A stretch of DNA of 12,715 bases from Alteromonas naphthalenivorans (GTDB taxonomy: Bacteria > Babelota > Babeliae > Babelales > CAIQNR01), in contig JBLICC010000024.1 in the NCBI GenBank assembly GCA_047631715.1, positions 1 to 12,715 of the forward strand. The letters are read 5' to 3'. The position numbers and the translations under genes were made by a program. Under the pieces are notes generated by a model, which saw nothing but the letters and a program-made list of their open reading frames with translations, did not search any database and was not told where the DNA came from. Below are positions 7,459 to 12,715 of this stretch, piece after piece; the stretch's first letter is position 1; the number at the start of each line of letters is the position of its first letter.

Positions 7459-7866
7459 TTACTTGCTAGGAAAAAAGTACTCAATTTCTCGAGTAGCGCT
7501 TTCTGTAGCATCAGAACCATGAGTTGCATTGTTACCTTTAGAGGTTCCAAACAACTTACGGATAGTTCCTTCAGCTGCTTCTGCAGGATCGGTTGCGCCC
7601 ATAAGGTCGCGCCATCCTGTAATAGCATTGTCTCGCTCAAGTACCATGATGATAACATCACCAGAAGTCATAAAGTTTACGAGCTCTTCGAAGTATGGAC
7701 GTTCGCCATGTTCGGCGCCATAAAAACCTTGTACTTCTGTTTTAGACAAACGTACTTGTTTTTGATCTAGAATCGTAAAATCGTTTTTCTCTATATGACC
7801 AATGATAGCGTCAGAAAAACCGGCTTTAACTGCATCAGGCTTAATAAGTGCTAATGTTTTTTCCAT
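7459..7866 (-). CDS. ndk: Nucleoside-diphosphate kinase (135 aa)
   Basis: MEKTLALIKPDAV, H.ERPYF..LV.FMTSG, WRDLMGATDP, GTIR, catalytic His in NATHGSD. Start moved to the ATG at 7866 (AAGGA ribosome-binding site, 1 nt after the rpsA stop). Confidence 0.98.
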   Translation of the reverse strand: MEKTLALIKPDAVKAGFSDAIIGHIEKNDFTILDQKQVRLSKTEVQGFYGAEHGERPYFEELVNFMTSGDVIIMVLERDNAITGWRDLMGATDPAEAAEGTIRKLFGTSKGNNATHGSDATESATREIEYFFPSK

Positions 7867-7867
7867 G

Positions 7868-9664
7868 TTATTCCTTACCTTCATCTTTTTTATTACGAGC
7901 AGCAGCTTCTTCTAGCGCAACTTGGAATTGGCTTTTTGCTTTTGCTACTGGTTCTACAGATGATGGTTGAGCTTTTTGTGGTTTAGGTGCTTGTTTTTCT
8001 TCTTTGGTAACTTCATCAAGTTTTGTGCTTAAGCCAAGTTTATGTTCATCTTTGCTTACTTTAATAACACGGAATTGACGTTTTTCACCAACTTTATAAA
8101 CATCTTCGATCTTCTTGTCTTCTTTTTTAAGTTCAGCAAGTTCGGAGATATGAACAAGTCCTTCGATGCCACTTTCAAGTTTTACAAACATACCAAAGTT
8201 AGTAAGACGAGAAATTTCACCTTCAACAACGTTGTTTACTTGATAATGTTTTTCGATGTTTTCCCATGGGTTTTGAGCTAATTGCTTGATTCCAAGAGAA
8301 ATCTTTTTAGCATTAACATCAACACCTAGGATAACAGCTTCGATTTTATCGTTACGTTTATATACGTCTGCTGGATGTTCAATATGTTCTGTCCAAGAAA
8401 GATCAGAAACGTGAATCAATCCATCAATTCCTGGTTTTAGAAGCACAAACACACCAAAGTCAGTTATATTACTTACAGTACCGTTAACTTTTTCACCAAC
8501 TTTAAATTCTTCGGCAACAGTTTCCCAAGGATTTTTATCAAGTTGCTTGATAGAAAGAGACATACGACGATTGTCTTTGTCTACAGAAATAACAAGAGCT
8601 TGAACTTCATCACCTGGTTTGTAATATTTTTTCAAATCAGTAATGCGGTCTGTCCAAGAGATTTCTGAAATGTGAATAAGTCCTTCAACACCTTTTTGAA
8701 CTTCAACAAAAAGTCCGTAATCAGTGATGCTAGAAACTTTTCCTTTAATTTGAGAACCACCTTCAATAGAAGCTGTCATTTGTTCCCAAGGATTTTCGGT
8801 AAGCTGTTTCATACCAAGAGAGATTTTTTCGTTATCTTTATCGAATGACAATACTTTTACATTGATAGAGTCACCAATTTTAACGATTTCGCTTGGATGA
8901 GAAATGCGTCCCCAAGTCATATCAGTGATATGCAAGAGACCATCTACGCCGCCGATGTCGATAAATACACCGTAGTTAGTGATATTTTTAACCAAGCCTT
9001 CAATTGTTTGGCCCGCATCAAGTGTATCAAGAACTTTTTTACGCACTTCAGCACGTTGTTCGCTCAAGTGTTTACGACGAGAAATAATAACGTTGCCACG
9101 TTTTTTATTTACTTTAATAATGTTGGCGATAATTGTTTGGCCAACGTATTGATCAAAGTTATTTACGCGTTGAACATCAACTTGTGATCCCGGCAAGAAT
9201 GCTGGAATACCGATATCCACAGAAAGACCACCTTTGACTTTGTGTGTTACCACACCTTCAACAGGCTTATCTTCTTCGTGAAGTTTCATAATGATATCCC
9301 AAGCCTTGAGAGCTTTTGCTTTTTCGTAAGAAAGAACAAGTGTGCCATCAATGCTTTCGAGTTCATCAAAGATAACTTCGAGCATATCGCCAGATTTAAA
9401 TTTTTTAATTTCGTGTGGAGAGAATTCATAACGGGGAATTAAACCTTCTGATTTAAATCCGATATCAACCAACACACCATCATTGCTGACGTTTACAATT
9501 TTACCTTCGACGACTTTTCCTGGTTTACACACAGAAAAAAAGCCTTCATATAACTCAGAAAGTTCTTCGAGCTGCTCAGTGCTAAGCTCAAGATCCATAC
9601 TGTTTTCAAGTTCCGAAAGTTCGACTCGACCGAATTGATCCGGCCTTATAATTTCTTTTGACAT
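7868..9664 (-). CDS. rpsA: 30S ribosomal protein S1 (six S1 domains)
   Basis: VDIGFKSEGLIP, AFLPGSQVD, four repeats of the type (Y/F)G.F......(D/E)GL.H, ISLGMKQL..NPW; 598 aa. Confidence 0.99.
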   Translation of the reverse strand: MSKEIIRPDQFGRVELSELENSMDLELSTEQLEELSELYEGFFSVCKPGKVVEGKIVNVSNDGVLVDIGFKSEGLIPRYEFSPHEIKKFKSGDMLEVIFDELESIDGTLVLSYEKAKALKAWDIIMKLHEEDKPVEGVVTHKVKGGLSVDIGIPAFLPGSQVDVQRVNNFDQYVGQTIIANIIKVNKKRGNVIISRRKHLSEQRAEVRKKVLDTLDAGQTIEGLVKNITNYGVFIDIGGVDGLLHITDMTWGRISHPSEIVKIGDSINVKVLSFDKDNEKISLGMKQLTENPWEQMTASIEGGSQIKGKVSSITDYGLFVEVQKGVEGLIHISEISWTDRITDLKKYYKPGDEVQALVISVDKDNRRMSLSIKQLDKNPWETVAEEFKVGEKVNGTVSNITDFGVFVLLKPGIDGLIHVSDLSWTEHIEHPADVYKRNDKIEAVILGVDVNAKKISLGIKQLAQNPWENIEKHYQVNNVVEGEISRLTNFGMFVKLESGIEGLVHISELAELKKEDKKIEDVYKVGEKRQFRVIKVSKDEHKLGLSTKLDEVTKEEKQAPKPQKAQPSSVEPVAKAKSQFQVALEEAAARNKKDEGKE

Positions 9665-9745
9665 TCATTCCCTTGGGGTCATGCCCGCAGCTTAAGAACT
9701 AAGCAGATACGGGGTAAAAAGAGGTTAAACAATTATTCATATACG
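9665..9745 (-). promoter_or_regulatory. Structured 5' leader of rpsA (pyrimidine tract, bulged hairpin, weak hairpin over the Shine-Dalgarno)
   Basis: Sense strand CCCGUA-UCU-GCUUAG-UUC-UUAAGC-UGCGGG (9713-9684) pairs as 6 bp, a 3-nt bulge and 6 bp; preceded by UUGUUUAACCUCUUUUUA; followed by CCC-CAA-GGG over AAGGGA. The 5' boundary is estimated from the predicted promoter. Confidence 0.5.
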
Positions 9746-9751
9746 CCCCAC

Positions 9752-9780
9752 AGAATAGCATATTTTAGATGTGTCAGCAA
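9752..9780 (-). promoter_or_regulatory. Sigma70 promoter of the rpsA operon
   Basis: TTGCTG (9780-9775), 17 nt, TATTCT (9757-9752) with a TGn extended -10. Confidence 0.65.
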
Positions 9781-9843
9781 ATTTGTACTAGATGGCCTTA
9801 TCCAGTTTATTTATACTAGTTTATTGAGTCATAGGGTTAAATA

Positions 9844-9861
9844 AGGTACAAAAGAGGTACA
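9844..9861 (+). repeat. Direct repeat AGGTACA-N4-AGGTACA (11-bp period), possible operator
   Basis: Exact 7-mers at 9844-9850 and 9855-9861, between a TATACT (9812-9817) and the AGGGAG ribosome-binding site (9875-9880). The repeat is seen directly; its function is inferred. Confidence 0.4.
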
Positions 9862-9887
9862 TTTAATATTTTTTAGGGAGAAAACAC

Positions 9888-10610
9888 ATGAAGAAATTCT
9901 TATTGATCAGTCTTTTAAGCTCGGTTTATATTTTAACAGCGGCGCAAGAAGCAGATTCGCTGTCGTCTTTATCTGTAGTAGCAGCACGACGGCATTCATC
10001 TGGTGGAAGTCTGGGCAAAAGCGGTAGACGTAGTCCTTTAACGCCAGTAGATAGTGCTGTATTTCAACGTACCAAAAGTGGAGATCGTTCAAATACGCTT
10101 ACTTTTACTTTTCCAGATCCACACAGTCTTGATATAGATACAGTAAGTAGCGGAGAAGAAGATCTTTCTAGATCTATTGATTCGGTAACAAGCGCACGAT
10201 CACCAAGGCAGGTGCATTTTGAGATTGATCAAGATATAAAAAACGAAGTAGTCTTTAAGGGAGAACGAGACGACGGAGAGCCTTTTATGCTTGTGCTTGC
10301 ACAGGTATCTGATGGAGAAAAAGAAAAAAATGTTCTTATTATTCCAGTAAATTCTGACTCTAACTCGCAAAAATTAATGATTAATGATTTTTTGCCAGGT
10401 GATTATGATTCACATGAAGAGATTAAAGAAGGTGATTATGACGGGGGAATAGAAGTTAAGATGTTAATTAGAATAGATCCTATTCTTTTAGAGCGTTTTA
10501 TTACTTTTGATGTGCAAGGAAAAATAGTTGCAGATAAGTATGGAAAAAAAATACCGTACCAACCAAAGCCAGAGCAGGTATTTCCAACTTATAAATTTGA
10601 AGCATGTTAA
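9888..10610 (+). CDS. Secreted hypothetical protein with Ser/Arg-rich, probably disordered N-half and acidic C-half
   Basis: AGGGAG ribosome-binding site; signal peptide MKKFLLISLLSSVYILTA; 240-codon open frame; no family recognised. Confidence 0.85.
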   Translation: MKKFLLISLLSSVYILTAAQEADSLSSLSVVAARRHSSGGSLGKSGRRSPLTPVDSAVFQRTKSGDRSNTLTFTFPDPHSLDIDTVSSGEEDLSRSIDSVTSARSPRQVHFEIDQDIKNEVVFKGERDDGEPFMLVLAQVSDGEKEKNVLIIPVNSDSNSQKLMINDFLPGDYDSHEEIKEGDYDGGIEVKMLIRIDPILLERFITFDVQGKIVADKYGKKIPYQPKPEQVFPTYKFEAC

Positions 10611-10617
10611 TTAGAAA

Positions 10618-11298
10618 TTAATCAAATTGATCGAATTTATCATAATCAATGGTATTTGTAGGAGCCTGTAAGTCTTGATTTTGCGCAACATCTTTAATCA
10701 AGCTTCTTAGTATTGCATAGTGAATAAATGAAAGAACTGCTGGAAGAAATGCAAGCACAGGATAAGCCATTAAAATCATTGTACGCATTTTTGTCGCAAA
10801 CTTATGTATTTTTCCGGGAATAAATGGTGTGGCAAGAACAGGAGCACACATCATTTGTTCTTGAAAAGCAACAATTTTAGCTTGAAAGAAAAAGTAACTA
10901 ATAAAACTTACTGATCCTAGTAATGCTATGCTATACATAGTGATATTAAAGTTTACGGGAAAACTTAAGCAAGCCATACGAGCCCAGAAGTTTTTATTAT
11001 CGCCTTTTTTATTTTCTCGATAACAGAGATACATTCCAAAGAAAGCGATAAAGACTGTTAAGAAGCCTAGGCTTGTGCCCCAATAATTATAAAATTGAAT
11101 TGAAGCATGTGGTTTTCTTATCCAACATTTAAATGTGTGTTCTACAATATGATGACCAAAAAGCAAGACACTAAAAAGAAGGCCATTTGTAATGCTCATA
11201 ATAGGGCTGAGTGTATAGTAAATACGAATTTTCCATAGCGGTACGGTGTCTGTTCGTAGGTCTTTAATAAGATCTGGAAGATCCCACAAATAAATCAT
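10618..11298 (-). CDS. Uncharacterised membrane protein (about 4 transmembrane segments)
   Basis: AGGGGG ribosome-binding site; hydrophobic segments; the N-terminal Y.W....L..DLR and CYREN..GD.K.F..R...LSF patterns resemble a conserved hypothetical family (from recall). Confidence 0.85.
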   Translation of the reverse strand: MIYLWDLPDLIKDLRTDTVPLWKIRIYYTLSPIMSITNGLLFSVLLFGHHIVEHTFKCWIRKPHASIQFYNYWGTSLGFLTVFIAFFGMYLCYRENKKGDNKNFWARMACLSFPVNFNITMYSIALLGSVSFISYFFFQAKIVAFQEQMMCAPVLATPFIPGKIHKFATKMRTMILMAYPVLAFLPAVLSFIHYAILRSLIKDVAQNQDLQAPTNTIDYDKFDQFD

Positions 11299-11311
11299 GT
11301 GTTACCCCCTA

Positions 11312-12265
11312 TTAATTTGAAGGTTTTTGAACAAAACTTGTTTCTATAAATGCTGCATCAAAGGGCCCTGTTGTTTTATCTTGGCTATAAAGATAGGCCG
11401 TAGTTTGAAACAGTGTTGTTGCTGTTGTAGATAGAAGAATTACGAATATCCCAGCAATAGAAAGAGCAAAGAAATAAGCAAAGAGCATTGTTGGATTATG
11501 ATGCAAGAAGGCTGTTCCTTTTAGTAATTTAATAGGTAAGAATGCAAGTGCTCCAAGTGATAGTAATGCCGCTAATGTAACAAGTCCAATGCTTGCGGTA
11601 CCACCAAGTTGTTCTCCCCACATTTTTTTAACGGTATTGCCTGATTCCTCTATGCTTGCAATGGCGCTTAAATCTTTAAGTGCAAAAATAGGAATTACAA
11701 AGAAAGTTAAAATATTCCATGCAAAATTAAGTATTCCGCCAACAAAACTCGCAATCAAGTTAAAAGGGAATCTACCATTACGGGCAAATTTCCGAATTCT
11801 ATTAAAGATTAGTTTTAATAGAGCGCTGATGAGTGACCATACGCACAAAGTTTTAAATCGTGAAAAGGCTCGTGAAATGCTTGCACCTAATGACACAGGA
11901 GTATTTTGTATTTTTTTTGCCATGTAATAGCTGAGTGCTGTGTACATGATGCTTGAAATTAAGATCATTACAAATAAAAAAACTACTGTTAGTAGTATTC
12001 CAGAAACAGGAGGGATTGCATGTTTAGCTTTAAAATGTATATGGTTGCTGGTTGCATGAGGATGTGCTTTTGAATATTTTATGACCCGTACAATAATATA
12101 ACTTGCATAGAGTACAATAAGAGAGAGTGCAAAAATAACTTTAGTGATAACTGAGACGATTGGGAATATCAGGCAGCTTGGATTTTCTAAGATAAATCTC
12201 CAACCTGCCATGGCTACGAGCCACCCGCGTTTTATTCTATCTGTGAATCCGAATTGCTCTGCCAT
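11312..12265 (-). CDS. DUF6159-like polytopic membrane protein (about 6 transmembrane segments)
   Basis: RIKRGW......W..I......LIFPIVS, W.LISA, AW...TFFVIP, A.IEES...VKK.WGE match my recall of DUF6159; AGGGAG ribosome-binding site. Confidence 0.8.
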   Translation of the reverse strand: MAEQFGFTDRIKRGWLVAMAGWRFILENPSCLIFPIVSVITKVIFALSLIVLYASYIIVRVIKYSKAHPHATSNHIHFKAKHAIPPVSGILLTVVFLFVMILISSIMYTALSYYMAKKIQNTPVSLGASISRAFSRFKTLCVWSLISALLKLIFNRIRKFARNGRFPFNLIASFVGGILNFAWNILTFFVIPIFALKDLSAIASIEESGNTVKKMWGEQLGGTASIGLVTLAALLSLGALAFLPIKLLKGTAFLHHNPTMLFAYFFALSIAGIFVILLSTTATTLFQTTAYLYSQDKTTGPFDAAFIETSFVQKPSN

Positions 12266-12311
12266 TTTTGAACTCCCTTTTTCTATTCCCCGCTAACCCT
12301 TATAGCTTTTA

Positions 12312-12341
12312 AGTGTAGGAGTTCTTGATGTCTAAATGCAA
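12312..12341 (-). promoter_or_regulatory. Candidate internal sigma70 promoter for the two membrane-protein genes
   Basis: TTGCAT (12341-12336), 18 nt, TACACT (12317-12312). Confidence 0.45.
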
Positions 12342-12346
12342 TGGCT

Positions 12347-12715
12347 TTAGGAATTTTTAATGAAATCAAAGACTAGCTGGCTCCAAGTTTCCATAGCGTC
12401 GTATTTTTCTTGGCATTGTTCAGTGGTTAATAGTTGTCCACTTTGGAGTTCAGATTTAATAGAGATATCAGCTGAATCGCCTTTGAGTAGAAATACAAAG
12501 CCTACATGTACTTTGCCCACGTCGTTTGAGTCATCGTTTAATATGCCAAGAGGGGTTATTTCTAGATTTCCTGAGTAATTGATTTCTTCATCAAATTCTC
12601 GACGTGCCCAATCAAAAAGTGTTGCTCCGTCCATGTCTTCTTCGCGTAGATGTCCACCGATACCAAGGGAGTATTTGTTTGCAAGTCGCTGCTCGGATGA
12701 TCCGGCTTTGCGTTG
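12347..12715 (-). CDS. NUDIX-family phosphoesterase (YmaB/COG4112-like); 5' end lies beyond the right window edge
   Basis: The frame stays open upstream of the track's ATG at 12634 to the window edge: QRKAGSSEQRLANKYSLGIGGHLREEDM, then Nudix-box remnant ARREFDEE, LGILNDDSNDVGKVHVG and ETWSQ. Confidence 0.9.
   Translation of the reverse strand, partial: QRKAGSSEQRLANKYSLGIGGHLREEDMDGATLFDWARREFDEEINYSGNLEITPLGILNDDSNDVGKVHVGFVFLLKGDSADISIKSELQSGQLLTTEQCQEKYDAMETWSQLVFDFIKNS

Noticed and set aside
7348..7770. ORFs 7348-7770 (+), 7455-7661 (-) and 7529-7723 (+)
   Set aside because: Alternative-frame or antisense shadows of ndk and the hydrolase start.
7867..7884. ndk start at 7884 inside rpsA
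   Set aside because: MEKT at 7866 is the canonical Ndk N-terminus and has its own Shine-Dalgarno.
8042..9442. Plus-strand ORFs inside rpsA and the repeated sequence blocks there
   Set aside because: The ORFs are antisense shadows; the repeats are the expected S1 domain repeats, not CRISPR or mobile DNA.
9907..10092. 61-aa minus-strand ORF
   Set aside because: Antisense to the secreted protein, which has the ribosome-binding site and signal peptide.
12266..12346. preQ1-like riboswitch, suggested by CUACAC and an A-rich tract
   Set aside because: The P1 stem and loop consensus are absent, and the downstream gene is not a recognised queuosine gene.
11589..12578. Plus-strand ORFs 11589-11927 and 12360-12578
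   Set aside because: Antisense shadows of the DUF6159-like and NUDIX genes.

Overview
AT-rich, gene-dense bacterial chromosomal segment. I found no RNA genes, mobile elements or CRISPR array. Left part: a minus-strand unit of glyA, a class I SAM methyltransferase and a WecC/UDP-glucose-dehydrogenase-family nucleotide-sugar dehydrogenase (runs off the left edge and is missing from the ORF track). Divergent from it is a two-gene unit: a 60-aa signal-peptide/membrane peptide with a YIDPGTGS motif and a NoeA-like protein that looks like a protein-kinase-like domain fused to a SAM methyltransferase. Middle: efp (Arg32-type)-nusB converging on, and overlapping, rpsA-ndk-secreted alpha/beta hydrolase-murI. 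Right: a secreted Ser/Arg-rich protein with eukaryotic-style linear motifs, two uncharacterised membrane proteins (one DUF6159-like) and the 3' part of a YmaB/COG4112-like NUDIX protein. The overall style suggests a reduced, host-associated bacterium such as Candidatus Dependentiae/Babelota (inference only). Best candidates for novelty: the YIDPGTGS peptide plus kinase-methyltransferase module, the putative effector with an RVxF motif, the structured rpsA leader and the 110-nt hydrolase/murI overlap. Family assignments come from motif recognition and recall; no searches were run.
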